A DNA stretch of 64,000 bases from Chloroflexota bacterium (GTDB lineage: Bacteria; Chloroflexota; Dehalococcoidia; Dehalococcoidales; SURF-40): positions 7,088 to 71,087 of the forward strand of contig JAZDKE010000008.1 in NCBI GenBank assembly GCA_043803245.1. Direction: 5' to 3'. Position numbers and translations under genes: made by a program. Below the pieces are notes generated by a model. That model searched no databases. It saw only the letters and a program-made list of their open reading frames with translations, and was not told the origin of the DNA. Below, piece after piece: positions 57,004 through 64,000 of the stretch (within the stretch, counting starts at the first letter, position 1; every line of letters begins with the position of its first letter).

Positions 57004-58059
57004 CTAGGGCTTTTTCTTCAGATGGTGGAAGAGTGAGAAGAGCCGCCACTTCCTCCCTACCAGCTCGTGTCTGCCTCGGGCACCCAGCAGTTTTGCCATA
57101 ACTTCGCTGGCGGCAACGCCGTCGTAGAGCACCTGGTAAATCTTCTCGGTGATCGGCATCTCAAGGCCCAGCTTTCTGGCCAGCTGCCAGGCGGCCACGG
57201 TGGTGGTCACGCCCTCGGCGACACTATCGAGTGAGGCCAGTATCTCCTGCAGACCGCGGCCACGCGCCAGTTCCTCACCGACGTGGTGGTTACGGCTTAA
57301 AGGGCTGGCGCAGGTGGCGATTAAGTCTCCCAGTCCCGCCAGCCCCGAGAAGGTGAGCGGGTTGGCGCCCAGGGCAACCCCGAGCGCGCTGATTTCGGTT
57401 AGTCCCCTGGTAATCAGGGCGGCTTTGGCATTATCACCGTAGCTCAGGCCATCTACCATGCCCGCCCCCAGGGCGATGATGTTTTTCAGCGCCCCGCCAA
57501 GCTCAACGCCGATAATATCGCTGTTGGTGTAGACACAGAAATTGGGGGCGTTCAGCAGTTTCTGGGCCTTTTTAACGGCGGCGTCATTAAAGCCGGCTAC
57601 CACCGAGACGGCTGGTAAATCACGCACGACTTCCGCGTAGAGATTCGGGCCGGAAAGGGCGCAGATATTGTTATGGAAGACCGGGTCGATTTCCTCGCTG
57701 ATTACCTCGGACATGCGCTGGCCGGTCTCAATCTCCAGTCCCTTGGAAGCACTGATGACCAGCGCGCCGTCATTCAGGTGGGCCTTAAGCAGCTTGATAT
57801 TCTGCCGCATGGTTTGAGAGGGCACTACCAGGATGACGGCACTGGCGTCGTCCAGCGCCTCCTCGATAGAGCTCGTGATGGTTACCTGCTCGGGAATGGT
57901 GACCCCGCCCAGCTTACCGGGTCGCGTCTCGTCGCGGGCCAGCCGGTGGGCCTCTTCCTTGGAGCGTGCCCACAAACTGACCGCCAGTTCCTTGCGGGCC
58001 AGTACCAGGGATAGGGTAATCCCCCAGGTGGTGGTGCCGATAATAGCGACTTTAGTCAT
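57004..58059 (-). CDS. gpsA: NAD(P)H-dependent glycerol-3-phosphate dehydrogenase
   Basis: 351 aa. VAIIGTTTWGITLSLVLA, GALKNIIALGAG and LSRNHHVGEELARG. Confidence 0.9.
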   Translation of the reverse strand: MTKVAIIGTTTWGITLSLVLARKELAVSLWARSKEEAHRLARDETRPGKLGGVTIPEQVTITSSIEEALDDASAVILVVPSQTMRQNIKLLKAHLNDGALVISASKGLEIETGQRMSEVISEEIDPVFHNNICALSGPNLYAEVVRDLPAVSVVAGFNDAAVKKAQKLLNAPNFCVYTNSDIIGVELGGALKNIIALGAGMVDGLSYGDNAKAALITRGLTEISALGVALGANPLTFSGLAGLGDLIATCASPLSRNHHVGEELARGRGLQEILASLDSVAEGVTTTVAAWQLARKLGLEMPITEKIYQVLYDGVAASEVMAKLLGARGRHELVGRKWRLFSLFHHLKKKP

Positions 58060-58124
58060 ATTATCTCTAAATCGGTAAGACGGCCGGTTGCGGAAAGCCG
58101 CTCGGTGGGATGGACTTCGGGCCT

Positions 58125-58772
58125 TTAGCCTTTTTCACCCAGCCGGCGTTCGGTGCCCTGCAGCAGGCGGCTGATGTTGTCCCGGTGCAACGCGATGATG
58201 GTGATGCCGCCTAACATCACGTAAAGAATGTATCCCAGAGGGGAACCGTTGAAAATGTAAAATGCGGCCATGGTGGCGTAGACGACCACTACCGCCACGA
58301 TGGAACCGAGGGAAGCAAATCTCGTCAGGGCGGCGACAATAATCAGGGCCTCCCCGCCCAGGATAGCTGCCGGGAGACTCATGACCAGCAACCCGCCGAA
58401 GAAAGTGGCCACCCCCCGCCCGCCGCGAAATTTGTAGAAGACCGGCCAGACGTGCCCGGCGATAGCGGCAAGTCCCGCCAGCACCTGAATGAGCGTAATA
58501 TCCAGGTGAAAGCCGGCCACCGCGAGCGAGCCGTGTCCGACAATCAGCCCGGCGGAAACCACCGCCAGGGCGCCCTTGGATACATCCAGCACGACCGCAA
58601 CGGCCGCCGCTTTTTTACCCATGGTACGCAGCACGTTGGTGGCCCCGGTCTTGCCGCTGCCGTATTGCCGGATATCACCTTTCCCCCAGTAACGGCTAAG
58701 CAGCAGGCCGAATGGTATCGAGCCCAGACAATAGGCCAGCACCAGGGCGGCGACCATCTCGAATATTATCAA
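58125..58772 (-). CDS. plsY: glycerol-3-phosphate acyltransferase PlsY
   Basis: 215 aa. YCLGSIPFGLLLS, GSGKTGATNVLR and FRGGRGVAT. Confidence 0.9.
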   Translation of the reverse strand: MIIFEMVAALVLAYCLGSIPFGLLLSRYWGKGDIRQYGSGKTGATNVLRTMGKKAAAVAVVLDVSKGALAVVSAGLIVGHGSLAVAGFHLDITLIQVLAGLAAIAGHVWPVFYKFRGGRGVATFFGGLLVMSLPAAILGGEALIIVAALTRFASLGSIVAVVVVYATMAAFYIFNGSPLGYILYVMLGGITIIALHRDNISRLLQGTERRLGEKG

Positions 58773-60085
58773 GGCTTGCCTCCCGCGGACTTAAAAGTCA
58801 GGCGGAGCGGCGTGCCTGTAAAACCGAAAGCATCGCGCAGTCTATTTTCCAGATAACGCCGGTAGGAGAAGTGTACCAGAGTGTGGTCGTTGACGAAGAA
58901 GACGAAGGTGGGGGGGTTTGTCTCTGCCTGGGTAGCGTAGCGCACTTTGAGCTGTCGGCCCCCGCGCCGGGGCAGGTTATGGGCCGCCAGAGCCTCTTGG
59001 ACGACCTTGTTCACCTCGGACGTGGTCAGGCGTTTGGCACGCTCCTGGCACACCAGTTGGGCCTGCGGCAGAATCCGCTCGGTACCCCGGGCGAGTTTGG
59101 CGGAAACGAAGAGTACCGGCGCGTAGGCCATAAACTTGAGCTCATTCTTAAGGTTGCGGGTGGTCGTAGCGGTGTCATTATCGCTCACCAGGTCCCATTT
59201 ATTCACAACCAGTATCGCTCCTTTGGCGGCCTGCTGGATGTACCCCGCAACGTGTTTATCCTGGGCGGTCACCATCTCGGTGGCGTCGAGCACCAGTATC
59301 ACGACATCCGCCCGGTCAATGGCCCTGAGAGCGCGGATGACGCCGTAGCGCTCGATACCCACATCCTGCCGGCCCCGCCGTCTTATACCGGCGGTATCAA
59401 TAAGTAACACATTTTGCCCCTTAAAGTCAAGGTTCGTATCTACGGCGTCACGGGTTGTGCCCGGCTGGGAGTCCACGATGGCGCGCTCTTCTCCCAGCAG
59501 GCTGTTGAGCAGTGTTGATTTGCCGACATTAGCCCGCCCGATGATGGCTATTTTCATTGCTTCCGGCTCAGGCGGGGCAGTCGCCGCCGGCGGTAACAGG
59601 GCGATAATCCGGTCCAGCAAGGTTTCGGTGCCGCGTCCGTGATGGGCGCTTATCGGCAACGGTTCACCCAGCCCCAGCCGGTAGAAATCAGCCGCATTTG
59701 ATTCAAGGCGGGCATTGTCGGCTTTGTTGGCTACCAGGATTATCGGTTTACCCGCCCGGCGCAGCCCGTCAGCAATTTCCTGGTCATCGGCCATTAACCC
59801 TTCTTCGACACTCACCACGAAAAGCATGAGGTCGGCCTCAGCGATGGCGACCTCGGCCTGTGCCTTCACCATCCGGGCCAGGTCTGACCCCGGCCTTATT
59901 TCGAGGCCGCCGGTATCAACCAGGGCGAAAAGCGTTCCCTGCCAGCTGACCTTGGCCATAATCCGGTCACGGGTGGTGCCGGGCAGGTCTTCGACAATCG
60001 CCAGCTGTCGGCCAACCAGCCGGTTTAAGAGCGTGGACTTACCGACATTCTGCCGCCCTAAAATAGCGACTACGGGCAAAGCCAA
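58769..60085 (-). CDS. der: ribosome-biogenesis GTPase Der (EngA)
   Basis: 438 aa with two G domains (GRQNVGKST and GRANVGKST) and a KH-like C-terminus. Confidence 0.95.
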   Translation of the reverse strand: MALPVVAILGRQNVGKSTLLNRLVGRQLAIVEDLPGTTRDRIMAKVSWQGTLFALVDTGGLEIRPGSDLARMVKAQAEVAIAEADLMLFVVSVEEGLMADDQEIADGLRRAGKPIILVANKADNARLESNAADFYRLGLGEPLPISAHHGRGTETLLDRIIALLPPAATAPPEPEAMKIAIIGRANVGKSTLLNSLLGEERAIVDSQPGTTRDAVDTNLDFKGQNVLLIDTAGIRRRGRQDVGIERYGVIRALRAIDRADVVILVLDATEMVTAQDKHVAGYIQQAAKGAILVVNKWDLVSDNDTATTTRNLKNELKFMAYAPVLFVSAKLARGTERILPQAQLVCQERAKRLTTSEVNKVVQEALAAHNLPRRGGRQLKVRYATQAETNPPTFVFFVNDHTLVHFSYRRYLENRLRDAFGFTGTPLRLTFKSAGGKP

Positions 60086-60194
60086 TACTAACCTCCAGTT
60101 CTACCGTGACTGATACTCTTTAAAAATCTTTCACTAGTCGGGAGAAATTTTCGGGGATAAAGGGCCAGGGTAATGCTGGTTGGCAGGCCACCAC

Positions 60195-61139
60195 CTAGCG
60201 GTAAGCCGAGAGCGGCATTTCCAGTCCCCCCAGCATCACCCCGAGCAGCGTCTTGGCCAGGTGCATGCGGTTCTCCGCCTGGTCAAAAATCACCGACTTG
60301 GGGCCATAGAGCACATCCTCGGTTACCTCTTCCCCCAGGTGCGCCGGCAGGGGGTGCATCACCATGGCGTCCGGCCGGGCCATCGAAAGGCGTTCGGGGT
60401 TCAACTGGTAGCCTTTGAAGTCAATTCGGCGCTGCTCCCGCGCCGCCTCCTGTCCCATGCTGGTCCAGACGTCGGTATAAACGATGTCGGCGTCCGCGAG
60501 CGCCACCTCAGGCTGCTCGGTAACCAGTATCTCGGCGCCGCTGCCCGCGGCGAAATCCCGGGCGAGTGCCATCACCTCGCCGGCGATAGCATAGCTTGTC
60601 GGAACGGCGATGCGAAAATTCATGCCCACCAGCGAAGCTCCCAGCAGCAGGCTTGAGGCCACGTTGTTCCCGTCACCGAGGTAAGCCAGGTTCAACCCCG
60701 CCAGGGTTTCTTTCTTTTCGTAGATGGTCACCAGGTCGGCAAGCGCCTGGCAGGGGTGCTCGGCATCGGAGAGGGCGTTGATTACCGGTATGCCGGCGCT
60801 GGCCGCCATAACTTCAAGGGTCTTGTGGGAAAAGGTGCGGGCGGCAATGGCGCTAACGTAGCGGCTGAGCACCTGGGCGACGTCGGCCACCGGTTCCCGC
60901 TTGCCCAGGCCGACTTCCTCCGGCGAGAGGTAGAGGCAATGGCCGCCCAGCTGCCGCATGGCGACCTCGAAGCTGACCCGGGTCCGGAGCGAGGGTTTTT
61001 CAAAGACCAGCGCCAGAATTTTCCGGTCGAGCAGGGAAAGCCAGCGGCCGGTCTGTTTTAAGTTAACGGTCTCGCTAACCAGCCAGAGGATATCCTCGCT
61101 GCTTAAGTCAGCGATGGAGAGCAGGTCTTTACCCTTCAA
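60195..61139 (-). CDS. argF: ornithine carbamoyltransferase
   Basis: 314 aa. FEKPSLRTRVSFE, YLGDGNNVASS and MHPLPAHLGEEV. TTG start. Confidence 0.9.
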   Translation of the reverse strand: MKGKDLLSIADLSSEDILWLVSETVNLKQTGRWLSLLDRKILALVFEKPSLRTRVSFEVAMRQLGGHCLYLSPEEVGLGKREPVADVAQVLSRYVSAIAARTFSHKTLEVMAASAGIPVINALSDAEHPCQALADLVTIYEKKETLAGLNLAYLGDGNNVASSLLLGASLVGMNFRIAVPTSYAIAGEVMALARDFAAGSGAEILVTEQPEVALADADIVYTDVWTSMGQEAAREQRRIDFKGYQLNPERLSMARPDAMVMHPLPAHLGEEVTEDVLYGPKSVIFDQAENRMHLAKTLLGVMLGGLEMPLSAYR

Positions 61140-61348
61140 TCCGGTCTCCTCATCGGCTACAGTATATCACGAAAAGACGCCGCCAAGTAACGGCCGATAA
61201 CCCGCGCGCCTACTTCCTGAGCGATGCGGCGAAGCCGTCGGCGCAGTTCCTTGCCTTGGTTCAGCTCGGGCTCAGTGTCGTGAACTTCCTGAGGCGGAAG
61301 AAAGGAACTGAAGGTGGGGGAGACAAGTAAGAATTTCGGCTTAGCCCG

Positions 61349-61579
61349 CTAGCTGCCGCAGGTGGTACAAGTGCTTGAGCCGCAGCCCGAGCAGGGGCTG
61401 CCCATAACCGGAGTGCTCTGCCCGCTTGAGTCTTTGGAAACGGCGGCGAAGGTGGAAAGGACGCGTTTTGCCTCGCTGTGGCAGACCGAACAGCGAGCGC
61501 TCGCCTCGGCTTCGCTGAGAGGCCGCAACCGCTCGAACTTCTTTTTACAGGCGGTGCAGACGTACTCGTAGATTGGCAT
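61349..61579 (-). CDS. FmdB-family zinc-ribbon protein
   Basis: MPIYEYVCTACKKKFE...CSVCHS, with a C-terminal Cys-rich tail. I prefer ATG 61579. Confidence 0.8.
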   Translation of the reverse strand: MPIYEYVCTACKKKFERLRPLSEAEASARCSVCHSEAKRVLSTFAAVSKDSSGQSTPVMGSPCSGCGSSTCTTCGS

Positions 61580-61641
61580 CGTAAACTCCTCTATCATGTT
61601 AGGCCGTTTTCCGGCAGCCCGTCAAATATGCGCCGCGATGT

Positions 61642-61670
61642 TTGGCCTTAGACCGGTAGTTAGCTATAAT
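61642..61670 (+). promoter_or_regulatory. sigma70-like promoter positioned for a leaderless methyltransferase mRNA
   Basis: TTGGCC (61642..61647)-N17-TATAAT (61665..61670). The ATG at 61678 is only 7 nt after the -10, and there is no usable SD. Confidence 0.5.
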
Positions 61671-61677
61671 AGGGGTA

Positions 61678-62508
61678 ATGAACCCGAAAAAGAAGCCGAC
61701 TCAGAGCATAAACGACCTCGACTTAAGCCGCTGGAAGGAATACGGCGATATCATCACCGACAGCCTCTGGCTTTTTCCCAAGCGGGACGATAGTGGCGTG
61801 CACTCACCTGAATACTGGGGGAACTTCATCCCCCAGATCGTGACCCAGGCGGTACTGCGGTTTACCAAAAAGGGCGAGACGGTGCTCGACGGCTTCCTGG
61901 GGCTGGGCACCACTCTCATCGAGTGCCGGCGTCTGGGCCGTAACGGCGTCGGCGTGGAACTGGTGCCCTGGGTGGCCAGCCGGGCTAACTGGTTTGTTAA
62001 CCTCGAGCCTAACGATGCGGGGGTGACGGCGCGGGTTATCGAGGGTGACAGCCGGCTTGCCGAAACCGGGGACAAAGTCCGCCTGGCCTTAAAGGAGTGC
62101 GGCACGGAGCAGGCCCATCTCCTGGTGCTCCACCCTCCCTACCACGACATTATCCGTTTCAGTGACCTCGAAGGCGACCTGTCGGGAGCGGCTTCCGAGG
62201 CGGATTTCTACGACATGTTCGAGCGGGTGGTGGCTAACTATAGCCCGTTTCTGGCACCGGACCGCTACCTGGTGCTGGTCATCGGCGATAAATATGCCGG
62301 CGGCGAGTGGCTGCCCCTGGGATTCCGGAGCATGGAGCGGGTCTATAAGTACGGCTATACTCTGAAAAGCATTTGCGTGAAAGACATCCAGGAAAACCGG
62401 GGTAAAAGGAATAAACTTAGTTTGTGGCGTTATCGGGCCTTAAAAGGCGGCTATTATATCTTCAAACACGAGTATATTATATTTTTCAAGAAGGATGGAA
62501 GAATATAA
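61678..62508 (+). CDS. SAM-dependent N6-adenine/N4-cytosine-type methyltransferase (motif I before motif IV)
   Basis: 276 aa. Motif I is VLDGFLGLGTTLIECRRLGRNGVGVEL. Motif IV-like is LLVLHPPYHDI, about 75 aa later. The last ~100 nt are AT-rich, like the downstream genes. Confidence 0.7.
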   Translation: MNPKKKPTQSINDLDLSRWKEYGDIITDSLWLFPKRDDSGVHSPEYWGNFIPQIVTQAVLRFTKKGETVLDGFLGLGTTLIECRRLGRNGVGVELVPWVASRANWFVNLEPNDAGVTARVIEGDSRLAETGDKVRLALKECGTEQAHLLVLHPPYHDIIRFSDLEGDLSGAASEADFYDMFERVVANYSPFLAPDRYLVLVIGDKYAGGEWLPLGFRSMERVYKYGYTLKSICVKDIQENRGKRNKLSLWRYRALKGGYYIFKHEYIIFFKKDGRI

Positions 62509-62550
62509 TAAGCACACTGACAAATCCCTTTTTATAGTTAGGAGGGTATT

Positions 62551-63634
62551 ATGCAAACCACTCACGTTTTCATAGTTGATACTATAACTTTTAAATATCA
62601 CCTGGAGTATAAGTTTGCAGGTACGGGTGCAACTCCTCCAAAAGGTAAGCCGGAATATTACATTGACTTCAATGCTTCGCCTTACTCAACCCTCGCTAGT
62701 GCCACTGAGAATAACCTAGTCAGAATGATGTCGGATTCGCAAAGGGTAAGAGTGGGTGATTACGTAATATTTTATTTACAACAAAGTAAATCTACCGGAA
62801 TCCGAGAAGGGAAATTCTACGGGATATTCAAGGTTAAGCAAGCTCCTTCATTTCTGGATAACCGTGACTCAAGCCAATTCCTTAAGTCCCAACTTAATAA
62901 ATCTCTGACTTACAGAACTTCGATTGAACCGTATGAGGTTTATGCTAAAGGTATAACTGAATGGGAAGCATTAGATGAGATAAAATGCGTGCCGTCACCG
63001 TGTCAAATGCTCTGGAGTTTAATCTACAGGAAGTTAAAAGCCAACAGGGGCAACACAATGATTACCGTTTATGAAAGTGAACGCCTTTTCAAACTTCTTA
63101 GAGATAAGAATGATCGCCAAACATTAGAAGGCGTAAACTTCACCTTTGATGTGCCAAGTCAGGAAATTCATCTTTCGACAACTCCCCAAGTTTATTCAGG
63201 TAGACAAGAACAAATAGATATACTGCCGAGGTTGATAGAAAAGCTTACAGAAGGCAAGGTTATTGGAATGGCTTGGCAATGAAGTGTCTTGCGGGGTCGG
63301 GATGCAAAGAATAGACATTCTCTTAGATACTATGCAAGATATAACAAAAATAATCATCCCGATAGAATTAAAAGCTACTCAAGCTAATCCTGATAATACA
63401 TTTCAATTACAGAGGTACGTTGATTGGCTTGAGCAGTACTACATACCCAGTAGGACTGGAGATATACAACCTGCTTTAGTTGCTTTACCTTCGAGCAGAA
63501 CGTCTCATAATTACATTCAGCTCATAAATGCGTTCCACAGATTTAATACGGGTAACCCTCGATGTTTACCTCTCAAATATATTGAATATATCGAATATCA
63601 AAATGGTTTAGCCTTCCAAGTTGTCCAATACTAA
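62551..63634 (+). pseudogene. frame-split nuclease: N-terminal PUA/EVE-like domain plus C-terminal PD-(D/E)xK (NucS/RecB-like) domain
   Basis: ORF 62551..63282 (VRVGDYVIFY...GKFYGIFKVK) and ORF 63263..63634 (GMQRIDILL...IIIPIELK...QLQRYVDWL) overlap with a +1 offset. Joined, they read ...LIEKLTEGKV/LEWLGNEVSCG... GC is far lower here than in the flanks. SD AGGAGG precedes ATG 62551. Confidence 0.55.
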
Positions 63635-63699
63635 CTAATTAATCACCGTAGCAGGAGGCAAACAGGTGGCCAAAACTCCAGGCGAAGTATTTAAAAACC

Positions 63700-64000
63700 A
63701 TGACCCGGTCAACAACCCGGTCAAAAGCTCGGCGATACGCAATCGCAAAACTCCTAGTGAATTATTTAAGAAACTTGACCCGGCGGTTTGCCCTGGAGAC
63801 CGATGGCGCGCTGCCCAGAAAATATAAGTATCTCATCGCCATGGCGATGGACAGCGCGAATGGCGCCGTCCACAGCGTCACCGGGCTGGCAAAGTCGGCA
63901 TTAGCCGCCGGGGCAACCAGGGAAGAAATCGCGGAAGCGCTGCGGGTCGCCTGCTATATCAGGAGCGCGGGCATCTTTAACACCGCCGGTAAGGCCCTGG
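63700..64000 (+). CDS. carboxymuconolactone decarboxylase (AhpD-like) family protein, partial at the window edge; the 5' end is ambiguous
   Basis: Frame B reads ...ALETDGALPRKYKYLIAMAMDSANGAVHSVTGLAKSALAAGATREEIAEALRVACYI. A better SD (AGGAGG) serves GTG 63666 in another frame (see findings). Confidence 0.6.
   Translation, partial: MTRSTTRSKARRYAIAKLLVNYLRNLTRRFALETDGALPRKYKYLIAMAMDSANGAVHSVTGLAKSALAAGATREEIAEALRVACYIRSAGIFNTAGKAL

Noticed and set aside
61140-61348. Possible small gene in the argF-fmdB spacer; a minus-strand frame reads ...ELRRRLRRIAQEVGARVIGRYL...*
   Set aside because: There is no ATG, GTG or TTG start in that frame and no SD. The Arg-rich sequence is probably just promoter and 5' UTR of argF.
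63700-64000. AhpD-like selenoprotein or CxxC peroxidase
   Set aside because: The position of the AhpD CxxC/UxxC motif reads ANGAVHSV, with no Cys or TGA.

Overview
The window is a gene-dense bacterial chromosome segment of roughly 60% GC. I call about 65 CDS, mostly on the minus strand. The gene content suggests an anaerobe, possibly Chloroflexota/Dehalococcoidia-like, but that is inference only.

Most of it is ordinary core metabolism:
- Tat export (tatA, tatA, tatC) and a tungstate/molybdate ABC transporter.
- trpS, lgt and nadA.
- An Rrf2-headed Cys/Met/Thr cluster: cysK, a CGS/CBL-family enzyme, thrC and nifS.
- Pentose-phosphate genes tkt, rpiB and rpe.
- hrcA-grpE-dnaK-dnaJ preceded by a perfect CIRCE operator.
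- gpsA, plsY, der and argF.
- A GAF histidine kinase with two receiver-only regulators, ABC-2 exporter genes, and several secreted or membrane proteins, including a 1042-aa BNR/Asp-box propeller protein.

RNA and cis elements I can support:
- A tRNA-Sec with an 8-bp acceptor stem, a 6-bp D stem and anticodon UCA.
- A Moco/Tuco-type riboswitch with a terminator hairpin upstream of tupABC.
- An FNR-like palindrome.
- Several sigma70-like promoters.

Observations most worth a second look:
1. A co-directional operon-like cluster encodes an FdhA/NuoG-like protein with a non-catalytic active-site sequence, NuoE, a NuoF::GltD fusion, MetV and MetF. This is a candidate undescribed NAD(P)H/ferredoxin-linked, possibly bifurcating, methylene-THF reductase complex.
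2. A low-GC insert at the right edge carries a probably leaderless (H)PPY methyltransferase. It is followed by a frame-split PUA/EVE-like::PD-(D/E)xK nuclease, and then by a CMD-family gene with a duplicated 5' end and a frame problem.
3. nifS carries a 1-nt frameshift.
4. An ~80-bp hairpin-forming tandem repeat copies the 3' end of a PNPOx-family gene.

I found no CRISPR array, rRNA, transposase or integrase. I cannot show that any of this is a truly new system; items 1 and 2 are the best candidates.
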